NCBI GenBank assembly: GCA_964442135.1
Contig: CAYTYN010000001.1
Coordinates: 45,978-109,977, forward strand
Length of the DNA stretch: 64,000 nt
Origin: an uncultured Oscillospiraceae bacterium
GTDB lineage: Bacteria; Bacillota; Clostridia; Peptostreptococcales; Anaerovoracaceae
Reading direction: 5' to 3'
Under the pieces are notes generated by a model. It was not told where the DNA came from, searched no databases, and saw only the letters and a program-made list of their open reading frames with translations. Position 1 is the first letter of the stretch; each line of letters begins with the position of its first letter. Position numbers and translations under genes: made by a program. This document shows, piece by piece, positions 45,802 through 57,651 of the stretch.

Positions 45802-47690
45802 CAGCTGTCTCTCCTGATTCCTCTGCGCAGCTTTTCAAGGTGTATGAGAAGAACGTTTATATCCGCAGGTGATACCCCTGAAATTCTCGAGGCCTGTCCC
45901 ACCGATACCGGTCTTATGGCGTCAAGCTTTTGTCTCGCCTCTATGCGAAGTCCATCCATGCTCATATAGTCTATATCCTCAGGAAGCTTCCTATCCTCCA
46001 GCTTTCTGAACTTCTCGATCTGCCTCATCTGCTTTTCTATGTAACCGCTGTACTTTATCATGACCTCCAGCTGGCTCACGGTGTGATACGAGAGGTCAGG
46101 TCTATCGGGATCTACCTCTTTCAGGCCCTCGTAGGTGACCTCCGGCCGGCGAAGGAGCTCAGCCAGTGTGACTGCTCCTGAAACAGATGAGCTGCCGGCC
46201 TTTTCCAAAAAGCCGTTGATCTCCGTCGGAGACAGCTTTGTGCCTTCCAGCCTCTTTATCTCTGAGGACAGCTCCTCCTTCTTCTTCATGAATCGCCGGT
46301 ATCTGTCCTCTGTAACGAGACCCACCTCGTAGCCCTTTTCCGTAAGACGCCAGTCGGCGTTGTCCTGCCTCAGAACCAGCCTGTATTCCGCTCTGCTGGT
46401 CATTATCCTGTAGGGTTCGTTAGTTCCTTTAGTCACCAGGTCGTCGATGAGAACGCCGATGTATGCCTGATTTCTGCCTAAGACGAAGGGTTCTTTTCCA
46501 TTTATTGCCAGCACGGCGTTGATTCCCGCCATGATACCCTGCGCCGCAGCTTCCTCGTAACCGGAGCTTCCGTTAAACTGTCCGGCACAGAAAAGTCTCG
46601 ATATCCTCCGCGTCTCCAGATTCAGCTTAAGCTCCCGGGGATCTATGCAGTCGTATTCGATGGCATATGCCGGTCTGGTAATGACGATATTTTCAAGCCC
46701 TGCTATGGTGTGATAGAAATCTCTCTGGACATCCTCCGGAAGGCTTGACGACATTCCTTGGATGTACATCTCCTGAGTATCCAGTCCTTCCGGCTCTATG
46801 AACAGCTGATGACGCTCTTTGTCCGCGAACCTGTTCACCTTGTCCTCTATGGACGGACAGTACCTGGGACCGGTTCCCTCTATCTGACCGCCGAAGAGAG
46901 CCGATCTATGAAAGTTCTCCCTTATCACTCGATGGGTCTCTTCATTGGTGTAGGTAAGCCAGCATGATATCTGGTCCTTATGGAGAAGCTCGTGCATGAA
47001 AGAAAAAGGCACTATCTTCTCATCTCCCCTTTGTTCGATCATCTTAGAATAATCGAAGGTGGAAGCTAAGGCTCTGGCAGGAGTTCCCGTCTTGAACCTG
47101 CGAAGGGAGAGACCCATTTCCCTCAGGTTGTCGGCAAGCTCTACAGACGGCGCCAGCCCGGAAGGGCCGCTCATATAAGAGCTGTCGCCGATAAATATCT
47201 TACCCCTCAGGAATGTGCCGGTGGCCACTATTACGGCCTTCGCTTCATAGCAGGTGTGAGTTTTAGTGACTACGCCCCTGACGGCTCCTTCCTTTACAAG
47301 TATTTCCGTTATCTCTTCCTGTCTGAGATGAAGATTTTCCTGGTTCTCCAAGGTCTTCTTCATCTCTATGTGATATCTGTTTTTGTCCGCCTGAGCGCGC
47401 AAAGAGTGTACAGCCGGCCCTTTGGCTGTATTCAGCATTCTGCTCTGTATGAAGGTTTTGTCGATGTTAATCCCCATCTCTCCGCCGAGAGCGTCGATCT
47501 CCCGAACCAGATGTCCCTTCCCCGTTCCTCCGATGGAAGGGTTGCACGGCATCATAGCCACAGCTTCCAGGTTCATGGAAAAAAGTATGGTCTTCTTTCC
47601 CATCCTGGCGGCTGCGAGAGCAGCCTCACATCCCGCGTGTCCCGCGCCTATTACCGCCACATCGTATGTACCCATTAGTATTCTTTCCAT
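45801..47690 (-). CDS. mnmG: tRNA uridine 5-carboxymethylaminomethyl modification enzyme MnmG (GidA)
   Basis: 629 aa with FAD motif [16 protein letters not shown]. Length and blocks match the family throughout. Confidence 0.96.
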   Translation of the reverse strand: MERILMGTYDVAVIGAGHAGCEAALAAARMGKKTILFSMNLEAVAMMPCNPSIGGTGKGHLVREIDALGGEMGINIDKTFIQSRMLNTAKGPAVHSLRAQADKNRYHIEMKKTLENQENLHLRQEEITEILVKEGAVRGVVTKTHTCYEAKAVIVATGTFLRGKIFIGDSSYMSGPSGLAPSVELADNLREMGLSLRRFKTGTPARALASTFDYSKMIEQRGDEKIVPFSFMHELLHKDQISCWLTYTNEETHRVIRENFHRSALFGGQIEGTGPRYCPSIEDKVNRFADKERHQLFIEPEGLDTQEMYIQGMSSSLPEDVQRDFYHTIAGLENIVITRPAYAIEYDCIDPRELKLNLETRRISRLFCAGQFNGSSGYEEAAAQGIMAGINAVLAINGKEPFVLGRNQAYIGVLIDDLVTKGTNEPYRIMTSRAEYRLVLRQDNADWRLTEKGYEVGLVTEDRYRRFMKKKEELSSEIKRLEGTKLSPTEINGFLEKAGSSSVSGAVTLAELLRRPEVTYEGLKEVDPDRPDLSYHTVSQLEVMIKYSGYIEKQMRQIEKFRKLEDRKLPEDIDYMSMDGLRIEARQKLDAIRPVSVGQASRISGVSPADINVLLIHLEKLRRGIRRDS

Positions 47691-47700
47691 ATCGGATCCC

Positions 47701-49074
47701 TTATTTACCCAGACAAAATCTGCTGAACACCTGATCTATCACGTCGCCTGAAGAAGTCTCCCCCGTTATGGCGCCGAGAGAATTCCTGCAGTCGGAAACA
47801 TCTATCTCTATAAGCTCCAAAGGCTGTCTGTCTTCAGCCGCGGAAAGAGCGTCCCTTGCGGAAGAAAGAGCTTCCCTCAAGGCATTTTCGTGACGAACAC
47901 CGGTTATAAGGCTCCCATCCTTCGACTGCTCTGTCTTTCCGCTGACCATATGGTATATGGCCTCCTCCAGGGCGTCTGTCTGCTCTCCGGATATGAGAGA
48001 GGTCTTTATTATTCTGACGCCGTGAGCATAAGCCTCGATATCTCTTACATCCGTCACTATATCCAGATCTGTCTTGTTTAAGAGTATCAGAGAGCTTTCA
48101 CTATCTAACGCTCCCATTATTTCCATGTCCTCAGGCTCCAGTTCTCTGCTGGCGTCAGCGACGAATATTACCAGATCCGATTCCTCCAGTATCCTCCTTG
48201 ATCGCTCTATACCTATCTTCTCGACTCTGTCATCGGTAGCTCTGATTCCGGCCGTATCGGTAATCTTTACAGGTATGCCCTTTATGCTCATGTACTCTTC
48301 GATGGTATCCCTGGTAGTGCCGGGTATTTCCGTGACGATAGCTCTCGCCTCTCTAAGCAAGCAGTTTAACAGGGAGGATTTTCCCACGTTGGGCATTCCC
48401 ACTATTCCTATGGAAACTCCTTCTCTCAGGAGCCTGCCTTTTCCCGCACCGGAAAGGAGGATTTCAATATCTGATATGACCGAATTCAGATCCCCTTCCA
48501 GCTTGTCATATGTCAGCTCTTCTATGTCTTCGTCGGGATAATCTATGTTTACAGCCATGTTTACCAGGATATCCATTACCTTATCCCCTATGGCTCTGGT
48601 TTTCCTCGAAAGAAGGCCCTCCAGCTGATCCATGGCCGCGTCGAAAAACCTGTCCGTTTTAGCTCTTACGATATCGATTACCGCCTCAGCCTGTGAAAGA
48701 TCTAACCTGCCGTTCAGAAAAGCTCTCTTTGTAAACTCTCCCGGCTCCGCCAGTCTGGCTCCGCACCTGAGAACCAGGGACAACACCCTTTTCAAGGGAA
48801 TTATTCCTCCGTGGCAGTTGATCTCCGCCACATCTTCGGCAGTATAGGTTTTCGGTCCCTTCATGAAAACCGCTAAAACCTCATCTACCACGGAGCCGTC
48901 GTCAGGATCCACGATGTGACCGTATGTGAGCATCCTGTTCTTGAGACGAGTCCCTGAATGGGGTCTAAATACCTTATCCAGTATTATAAAGGAATCGTCT
49001 CCGCTGATTCTAATGATTCCAATACCGCCTTCCCCCGCAGGAGTTGCGATCGCGGCTATAGTTTCGTAATCCAT
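47701..49074 (-). CDS. mnmE: tRNA modification GTPase MnmE (TrmE)
   Basis: G1 [13 protein letters not shown]3 DTAGIR, and the C-terminal FCLGK. Confidence 0.96.
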   Translation of the reverse strand: MDYETIAAIATPAGEGGIGIIRISGDDSFIILDKVFRPHSGTRLKNRMLTYGHIVDPDDGSVVDEVLAVFMKGPKTYTAEDVAEINCHGGIIPLKRVLSLVLRCGARLAEPGEFTKRAFLNGRLDLSQAEAVIDIVRAKTDRFFDAAMDQLEGLLSRKTRAIGDKVMDILVNMAVNIDYPDEDIEELTYDKLEGDLNSVISDIEILLSGAGKGRLLREGVSIGIVGMPNVGKSSLLNCLLREARAIVTEIPGTTRDTIEEYMSIKGIPVKITDTAGIRATDDRVEKIGIERSRRILEESDLVIFVADASRELEPEDMEIMGALDSESSLILLNKTDLDIVTDVRDIEAYAHGVRIIKTSLISGEQTDALEEAIYHMVSGKTEQSKDGSLITGVRHENALREALSSARDALSAAEDRQPLELIEIDVSDCRNSLGAITGETSSGDVIDQVFSRFCLGK

Positions 49075-49094
49075 AATGTTAATCGCAAAATTAT

Positions 49095-49125
49095 CAAATA
49101 GAAAGCCCGCTCGGACAAAGCGGGC
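49095..49125 (-). terminator. Intrinsic terminator after jag
   Basis: The minus strand reads GCCCGCT-ttgtccg-AGCGGGC followed by TTTCTATTT. Confidence 0.6.
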
Positions 49126-49132
49126 CGCAAAA

Positions 49133-49945
49133 TTATTTCAGTTCAATTATGACCCTTCTGTACGGGTCCTGACCCTCGCTTCTGGTTGTAACCTTAGGGT
49201 TACTCTGAAGGGCAGAATGGATTACCTTCCTCTCATATGGATTCATAGGCTCCATCCTTACGCTTCTCTTAGTTTTGACCACCTTGTCGGCAAGTCTTTC
49301 CGCAAGCCTTTCGAGAGTCTTTTCTCTCTTGGTTCTGTAGTTTTCGGCATCGACCACAACTCTTACATACTTACCGCCGTCCTTGTTCACGACGAGGCTG
49401 GTAAGATACTGAATGGCGTCCAGCGTCTGCCCTCTCTTTCCGATCACAGTTCCGGAATCCCTTCCGTTCATATCTATATAGATATTCTCACCGTCGGTCT
49501 TGGCTGTAACGTCTATATTCAGATTCATCTGCTCTGTAAGACCCTTAAGGAATGTGAGTGCAGGGTGCTCGTCTACAGGGGTAAAGCTTTCGTCCTCTCT
49601 GACAGCAGTGGACTCGGCCTTCTTATGCTCCTTGTGCTCATCGCCGCTCTTTCTATGATGACCTGAATGATGGCCGGAATCTCGGTGAGTATGCTTTTCT
49701 TTCTTAGACGGCTTTCCTCCCTCAAAAGCGGCTTTTTCAGGTTCGGGCTTCTTCTCTTCCGGAGCAGGTTCAGGTTTTTTCCTCTCAACTCTTACGAGAG
49801 CCAGCTTAGAACCAATACCAAAAAATCCTCTGGATGGCTGCTCTAAAACGGTTATTTCAACCTCGTCTCTGGTGGCCTTAAGATCCGCCAGGGCAAGATC
49901 CACTGCCGTATCTATATCCGTTCCCCATTTTTCAGAAACATCCAT
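49133..49945 (-). CDS. jag: Jag/KhpB (SpoIIIJ-associated) RNA-binding protein
   Basis: N-terminal Jag_N, KH and R3H domains (ERKVIHSAL) with a Lys/Glu/His-rich linker. Conserved position after yidC. Confidence 0.88.
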   Translation of the reverse strand: MDVSEKWGTDIDTAVDLALADLKATRDEVEITVLEQPSRGFFGIGSKLALVRVERKKPEPAPEEKKPEPEKAAFEGGKPSKKEKHTHRDSGHHSGHHRKSGDEHKEHKKAESTAVREDESFTPVDEHPALTFLKGLTEQMNLNIDVTAKTDGENIYIDMNGRDSGTVIGKRGQTLDAIQYLTSLVVNKDGGKYVRVVVDAENYRTKREKTLERLAERLADKVVKTKRSVRMEPMNPYERKVIHSALQSNPKVTTRSEGQDPYRRVIIELK

Positions 49946-49965
49946 TTTATATCCTCCGAAGTAAT

Positions 49966-50682
49966 CTATTTCTTCTCTTTACCTTCAATCTTCTTCTTAG
50001 AATCGCCTTTTCCTTCTCTGATCTCTTTTCTCAAAGCGTTAAATCTGATGTTAAAGAAAATCTGAACGAACTGGCTTATAAACCAGTACATGGCCAGTCC
50101 TGCCGGATATGACCTTGCCAGCCACAGGATCATAATAGGAAACAGATACTTCATGATCATATTCATGGCATTTCCGCCCTGCTGCTGCATGGCGCCGTTC
50201 TGAGCTGACATCCAGAACGAAAAGAAGGTAGCTACTCCGGCCAGAATAGGAAGTATCCAAAGATCAGGCTGGCTCATATCCTCAATCCAGAGGAAGGAAT
50301 CGTGAACGGCAAATACCATTTCAGTATCGCTTCCGAGATATGTAAGAGGGTATCTGAGCAAACCGAACAAACCGGAAATTACAATCATCTGTATGATCAT
50401 AGGGAGACATCCGGCTGTAGGACTGAAGCCCTCTTCCTTGTAGAGCTCCTGCATTTTTATGTTCATAGTCTCCCTGTCATTGGCGTACTTTCTCTGAATT
50501 TCTCTTATCTTAGGCTGCATATCCGCCATGCCCGCCGTGGACAAAATCTGCTTCTTATAGAGGGGATACATAGCCACTCTGACTAAAGTGGAAAGAACCA
50601 CTATGGCGAGTGCATAATTTCCGGTTATACTGTAAAAAAGGGATAGAAGATAAGCAAAAGGTCTGGCAAGTATTCCTAACAT
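49966..50682 (-). CDS. yidC: Membrane protein insertase YidC (short Firmicute type)
   Basis: 238 aa, multi-TM, with LYKEEGFSPTAGCLPMIIQM and a basic C-terminal tail. Confidence 0.9.
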   Translation of the reverse strand: MLGILARPFAYLLSLFYSITGNYALAIVVLSTLVRVAMYPLYKKQILSTAGMADMQPKIREIQRKYANDRETMNIKMQELYKEEGFSPTAGCLPMIIQMIVISGLFGLLRYPLTYLGSDTEMVFAVHDSFLWIEDMSQPDLWILPILAGVATFFSFWMSAQNGAMQQQGGNAMNMIMKYLFPIMILWLARSYPAGLAMYWFISQFVQIFFNIRFNALRKEIREGKGDSKKKIEGKEKK

Positions 50683-50695
50683 TAAATTTCCTCCG

Positions 50696-50926
50696 TCATT
50701 CTAAAGGGTCGTATCCTCCCGGATTAAACGGGTGGCACCTTAGAATTCGTTTTATTCCTAACAGGCTTCCCTTTATCACCCCGTACTTGTTAAGAGCCTG
50801 TATGAAGTAATCAGAGCAGGTGGGATAAAACCTGCATTTTCCGGGAAAAAGCGGTGAAATACACTTCTGATAAAGCCTTATCGCCAATATCATAACTTTT
50901 TTTAAAAAGCTGCTAACGTATTTCAT
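50696..50926 (-). CDS. yidD: Membrane protein insertion efficiency factor YidD
   Basis: 76 aa with [10 protein letters not shown] and [10 protein letters not shown] motifs. Confidence 0.9.
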   Translation of the reverse strand: MKYVSSFLKKVMILAIRLYQKCISPLFPGKCRFYPTCSDYFIQALNKYGVIKGSLLGIKRILRCHPFNPGGYDPLE

Positions 50927-51263
50927 GATTTTTTACTACCCCTGACTTTTTTAAAACAGATTCAAGGGATTTCTGTACCTGTTGACATTTCGCGCCATTG
51001 ATGGTATTGCGAGCTATACATACAAAGTCGTATCCTGAAGGAATAGAAAGACTTGTAAGTCTGTAGCTTTCTTTCATCAATCGTTTAGCTCTGTTTCTCT
51101 TAACGCTGTTGCCAACTTTCTTACTGGCAAGAAAGGCCGTTCTGTTATACGGGAGACCGTTTTTCCTGTAGAACAGGACTACATACCTGTCTCCCACCGA
51201 CTTCCCCTTCCTGTAGATCAGTGAAAAATCTCTTTTGCCTCTTAGTACTGTTTTCTTCAACAT
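50913..51263 (-). CDS. rnpA: Ribonuclease P protein component
   Basis: 116 aa with the basic RNR-type motif [18 protein letters not shown]. rpmH-rnpA synteny. Confidence 0.92.
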   Translation of the reverse strand: MLKKTVLRGKRDFSLIYRKGKSVGDRYVVLFYRKNGLPYNRTAFLASKKVGNSVKRNRAKRLMKESYRLTSLSIPSGYDFVCIARNTINGAKCQQVQKSLESVLKKSGVVKNHEIR

Positions 51264-51279
51264 TGAAAGAAAGTCTGAT

Positions 51280-51414
51280 CTAAGCGGAGAGCTTCTTTCT
51301 GCCCTTAGCTCTTCTTCTCTTTAAAACGTTTCTTCCGCTCTTCGTCTTCATTCTCTTTCTGAAACCGTGCTCCTTTTTTCTCTGCCTTTTCTTAGGCTGA
51401 TAAGTCATTTTCAT
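51280..51414 (-). CDS. rpmH: 50S ribosomal protein L34
   Basis: [44 protein letters not shown] (44 aa). AGGAGG RBS 7 nt upstream of ATG 51414. Confidence 0.95.
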   Translation of the reverse strand: MKMTYQPKKRQRKKEHGFRKRMKTKSGRNVLKRRRAKGRKKLSA

Positions 51415-51571
51415 TTTTTTACCTCCTAAATAACGTAAAAGACGGCGAAGTCTGAATTTCAACAACGCACATATGTCCTACCATTATACTTTATTTAATC
51501 CGCAGGTGTCAACAACGCAGAACAAATTTTATGTCAAGGTTTGCCCGAATCTTTACTATATCTTTAAGAAG

Positions 51572-51718
51572 ATATCCACACTGTATTATCCCCTGATAAA
51601 TCCACTTTTTCACATAGTTATCCACAATATGTGGATAACTATGTGAAAAATAACTGAATTAAGGATTTAAATGTGTATAATTTTAGTAATAACCTGTGGA
51701 TAAGTTAAATTATCCACT
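51572..51718. promoter_or_regulatory. oriC left module: DnaA-box cluster upstream of dnaA
   Basis: Perfect boxes: TTATCCACA at 51618-51626 and TGTGGATAA at 51630-51638 and 51695-51703. 8/9 boxes at 51572-51580 and 51710-51718. The region is AT-rich. Confidence 0.85.
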
Positions 51719-51789
51719 TGTTTTACTCAACACATTTTATTAAAATATATGTACAAACAGGAGAAGAAGAGAAGAGAGATGACTGATAG

Positions 51790-53154
51790 ATGAATGATAA
51801 AGATAAGATATGGCAATCAGTCCTGAGAGACATAAAGAAGAACTGCACACAGCCCACATATGACGGCTTTTTTTTCGCCACTACACTAAAAAAGCTGGAC
51901 AGGGATATCAACGTAGCCTACGTGGCCGCTAATTCGACGGTGGCAGCCAACGTTTTGTCCATGCGATATACCAGCATGATATCCTCCAGCTTAGAAAATG
52001 TTACGGGCATAAAATACAAGGTCGTAGTTAAAACCGAGGGAGACTATAAAAACGAAGACAACATGCTCAGGGCAGAGGACAGAACGTCGAGGGCTTATAA
52101 CCTGAATATAAATTTCATGAAGGAGAAAATATTCAACCCTAAATACACCTTCGATAATTTTGTAGTGGGAGAAAGCAACAAATATGCGGCCAGTGCCGCT
52201 ATGGCGGTTGCCAAGGACCCTGCCAATACCTATAACCCCTTCTTCATATACGGGGGATCAGGCTTAGGGAAAACCCATCTCTTAAACGCCATCGGCATAT
52301 ATATTCTCGAGCACAAGACCGACAAGAATATAATATTCGTCTCCTCTGAGACATTTACCAACGACGTGGTAACAGCCATTCAGAATAAGAAAATGGACGA
52401 GGTCAGAGATAAATACAGAAAGGCCGACGTCTTCATAGTCGACGATATTCAGTTTCTGGAAGGTAAGGAGGCTACTCAGGAGGAATTCTTCCACACCTTC
52501 AACATGCTCTACGATGAAAACAAGCAGATCATCCTTACCAGCGACAGACCGCCTGAGAATCTTACAAAGCTGGACGACCGGCTGAAATCTAGGTTCGGCT
52601 GGAACATGGTAGTGGACATTCAGCCTCCTGACTACGAGACCAGAATAGCTATTCTGAAAAAGAAAGCAATGGGCGAAGATATAGAAGTCGACGAAGATAT
52701 GGAAGAGGTTTTTAAGCTCATAGCTAAAAACATTACTGACAATGTGAGATTGCTGGAAGGAGCTCTCATCCGGCTGATCAGCTTTTCCCAGAGCTTTGAC
52801 GAACACATAGACATGGCTTTTGCTAAAAGAGTTATAAACGACGTAATATCCGGCAGCAACTCAACCATAACACCTGAAAAGATAAAGAGAACCGTCAGCG
52901 CATACTTTAAGGTAAAAATATCTGATTTGGAAAGCAAGAGCAGGAAAAACAGCATAGCATACCCGAGGCAGATAGCCATGTATCTCTGTAAGGAAATGAC
53001 CGATTATTCCAATGTGAGAATAGGAAGCATATTCGGAAACAGAGATCATACCACAGTAATGTACGCGTGCAGAAAGATAAAGGATGATATATCGTCCAAT
53101 GAAGAGATTAGGAATACTGTGAAGGCTTTAGAAAACTCCATAAGGAATGATTAA
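51790..53154 (+). CDS. dnaA: Chromosomal replication initiator protein DnaA
   Basis: 454 aa with Walker A GGSGLGKTHLLNA, and the C-terminal DNA-binding block IAYPRQIAMYLCKEMT...IGSIFGNRDHTTVMYA. Confidence 0.97.
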   Translation: MNDKDKIWQSVLRDIKKNCTQPTYDGFFFATTLKKLDRDINVAYVAANSTVAANVLSMRYTSMISSSLENVTGIKYKVVVKTEGDYKNEDNMLRAEDRTSRAYNLNINFMKEKIFNPKYTFDNFVVGESNKYAASAAMAVAKDPANTYNPFFIYGGSGLGKTHLLNAIGIYILEHKTDKNIIFVSSETFTNDVVTAIQNKKMDEVRDKYRKADVFIVDDIQFLEGKEATQEEFFHTFNMLYDENKQIILTSDRPPENLTKLDDRLKSRFGWNMVVDIQPPDYETRIAILKKKAMGEDIEVDEDMEEVFKLIAKNITDNVRLLEGALIRLISFSQSFDEHIDMAFAKRVINDVISGSNSTITPEKIKRTVSAYFKVKISDLESKSRKNSIAYPRQIAMYLCKEMTDYSNVRIGSIFGNRDHTTVMYACRKIKDDISSNEEIRNTVKALENSIRND

Positions 53155-53164
53155 GTTATTAAAA

Positions 53165-53300
53165 ATTATCAACATGGCATCACATGGTTATCCACACCTG
53201 TGATGTGGATAATAAATCGTAGAATTCCAATATCCGTCGGAGTTATCAACTTTTCAACACCCTCTATTACTATTACTACTATATTTATATATATCAATAA
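53165..53300. promoter_or_regulatory. oriC right module: DnaA boxes, DnaA-trio-like repeats and AT-rich unwinding element
   Basis: Perfect boxes at 53187-53195 (TTATCCACA) and 53203-53211 (TGTGGATAA). Degenerate boxes at 53165-53173 and 53243-53251. CTATTACTATTACTACTA lies at 53264-53281, then ATATTTATATATATCAATAAT. Confidence 0.8.
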
Positions 53301-53330
53301 TCCGTTTTTCTGAAGTGTAAGGAGGTAAAA

Positions 53331-54449
53331 ATGGAACTAAAATGTGACCAGCAGGATCTTTCAAGATCCCTTAACATAGTATCGAAAGCCGTAACATCGA
53401 GAACGACCATACCTATTCTGAAAGGCATACTCCTCGAGGCTAAAGAAGACGGAACTCTGAAGATGGTGGCTTCCGATTTGGATATAACCATCGAGGAAAT
53501 CATAAATGTAGAAGTGCGTAAGAAAGGAAGCGTTGTAGTACAGGCTAAGCTTTTCGGCGACATAATAAGAAAGCTTCCGGGCAGAGAGGTGGAGATAGAG
53601 GTATCGGATGGAAGGGTCAACATAAAATCCATGAATTCTCGTTTTTCCATAGTCGGAATGCCTGCCGACGAGTTTCCTGAAATGAAAAGTGAAAAAAACG
53701 GAGACAGCGCCATAGATTTCGATCCTGAGCTTATTAAATCCATGATAAGGAAGACGTCTTTTGCTGCCAGCATAGATGAATCAAAAGGAGTTATAACCGG
53801 TATACTCATTGAGCTTACCAATGATGAGATAAGAATGGTAGCCATAGACGGTTACAGGATGGCTGTATCCAGAGAAGCCATGATAAACCGGGAAGAAAAG
53901 AGTATCATCATATCGGCTAAGATTATGAATGAGATCAGCAGGATCATAAGCGACATAGGTACAGATCCGGCAGCTAAGGTGAAGCTGATCATAAACGATA
54001 AGAGAGCGGAATTTATTATAGAAAACGTAAGAATAGCTCTTCGGCTTCTCGACGGCGATTTCATAAGATATCAGGATATCCTTCCTAAGGATAATTTAGT
54101 AAAGGTAAGAGCCGACAGAAGGGATTTGATGGATAGTATAGAGAGGGCTTCCCTACTCTCAAAAGAAGGAAAAAACAATCTCATAAAGCTGTCCATTAAG
54201 GATAATCTTATAACCATCACCTCAAGATCCGAGGAAGGTAATGTAAGCGAAGAAGTACCGGCCCAGAAGACAGGAGATGATCTCGATATAGGATTTAACT
54301 CCAAGTACATGATAGATGTACTTAAGGCCATAGATGATGACGAAATTATAATGAATTTCAACACCGGAATAACCCCGTGCCTGATGCAGCCGGTAGAGGG
54401 AAATTCCTATGAGTACCTGATTCTGCCCGTAAGGATTACCGGAAATTAG
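53331..54449 (+). CDS. dnaN: DNA polymerase III beta sliding clamp
   Basis: 372 aa. Three-domain clamp with typical length, position after dnaA, and AGGAGG RBS. Confidence 0.96.
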   Translation: MELKCDQQDLSRSLNIVSKAVTSRTTIPILKGILLEAKEDGTLKMVASDLDITIEEIINVEVRKKGSVVVQAKLFGDIIRKLPGREVEIEVSDGRVNIKSMNSRFSIVGMPADEFPEMKSEKNGDSAIDFDPELIKSMIRKTSFAASIDESKGVITGILIELTNDEIRMVAIDGYRMAVSREAMINREEKSIIISAKIMNEISRIISDIGTDPAAKVKLIINDKRAEFIIENVRIALRLLDGDFIRYQDILPKDNLVKVRADRRDLMDSIERASLLSKEGKNNLIKLSIKDNLITITSRSEEGNVSEEVPAQKTGDDLDIGFNSKYMIDVLKAIDDDEIIMNFNTGITPCLMQPVEGNSYEYLILPVRITGN

Positions 54450-54466
54450 TTCAGAGAGCATGACTG

Positions 54467-55555
54467 ATGTATATCACTGAATTAGAGCTGAAAAACTTCA
54501 GGAATTATGAAAATCTGAAAGTAGACTTCGATGAGAAGATAAACCTTATACTTGGAAACAACGCTCAGGGAAAGACCAACCTTATCGAGAGCATATATAT
54601 GTCGTCCATAGGCAGATCCTTTCGCACCTCCAGAGACAGCGACCTTATAATGTTTGGGAAGGAGGAGGCCTTCATAAGAGTAAAAGCTGAAAAGGAGTAC
54701 GCTGATACGGAGGTGGAGGTCAGGATAAAGGGAGCCTCCGGAAAATCCATAAAAAAGGACGGAGTACAGCTGAAGAAGACCTCCCAGCTTCTGGAGAACA
54801 TAATGACGGTCATATTTTCTCCGGAGGATATGAAAATAGTAAAGGACGAACCGGAAAAGAGGAGGAAATTCATAGACAGAGAGCTATGTCAGATATCACC
54901 TCGCTACTACGACAGTCTGTCCAATTACAGGAGGACACTGATCCAGAGAAATTCATATCTCAAGGAAGAATATATAGATAATAATATTTTAGACCTTTGG
55001 GACGTTCAGCTGGCAAAACACGGAGCGGACATAATATTGATGCGCAAGGCTTTTGTGGAAAAGATCAGCGATTTCAGCTCTAAGATTCATTCCGGCATAA
55101 CAGGAGGAGAAAGCTTAAAGGTCGCATACGATCCGGACATAGAGATAATTGGTGACGGAGAGACTCAGGAGAAGTATTATTACGACCGGATAAAGAAGGC
55201 TTACAGCTTGGATGTAAAAAACCGCTCCACCTCAAGGGGACCTCATAAGGATAATATAGTTTTCTTTGTAAACGACATCGATATGAGAAGCTTCGGTTCT
55301 CAAGGCCAGCAGCGTACATGCGCTCTTTCTCTGAAGCTGGCGGAGCTGGAAATCATAAAGGAGGAAACAGGTGAAGACGCAGTTTTACTCCTCGATGACG
55401 TAATGAGCGAGCTGGATTCAAGAAGGCAGAAATACCTTATAAAGACTCTTAAGAACAATCAGCTGTTCGTCACCACTACGGAGATAGAGGAGAGAATACT
55501 GGGGGAGCTGGAGGGAGCTAAGATATTTAATATATATAAGGGAAATTTTAAATAA
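54467..55555 (+). CDS. recF: DNA replication and repair protein RecF
   Basis: Walker A GNNAQGKTNLIE, signature-like SQGQQR and Walker B LLLDDVMSELD. Confidence 0.95.
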   Translation: MYITELELKNFRNYENLKVDFDEKINLILGNNAQGKTNLIESIYMSSIGRSFRTSRDSDLIMFGKEEAFIRVKAEKEYADTEVEVRIKGASGKSIKKDGVQLKKTSQLLENIMTVIFSPEDMKIVKDEPEKRRKFIDRELCQISPRYYDSLSNYRRTLIQRNSYLKEEYIDNNILDLWDVQLAKHGADIILMRKAFVEKISDFSSKIHSGITGGESLKVAYDPDIEIIGDGETQEKYYYDRIKKAYSLDVKNRSTSRGPHKDNIVFFVNDIDMRSFGSQGQQRTCALSLKLAELEIIKEETGEDAVLLLDDVMSELDSRRQKYLIKTLKNNQLFVTTTEIEERILGELEGAKIFNIYKGNFK

Positions 55556-55565
55556 TTTAAGAAGT

Positions 55566-55592
55566 AAAATCGGCGGTTTCGCCGATTTTTTT
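55566..55592 (+). terminator. Intrinsic terminator after recF
   Basis: ATCGGCG-gttt-CGCCGAT followed by T7. Confidence 0.75.
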
Positions 55593-55716
55593 ATAAATTT
55601 AATGAAATATATCAAAATAATACAAATAACAGCTGATTAACTTGTTTTTTGGCTGAAAATGTAATATAATATCTGATGTTTTGTTGATGAAATAATAATT
55701 CAAAGGCAGGTTTTAA

Positions 55717-57636
<1,920 letters not shown>

Positions 57637-57651
57637 GGAAGGGAGGGTAAT

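Noticed and set aside
51415-51465. 17-codon extension of rpmH in the track.
   Set aside because: L34 proteins are ~44 aa and start MK.TYQP. The AGGAGG RBS serves the ATG at 51414.
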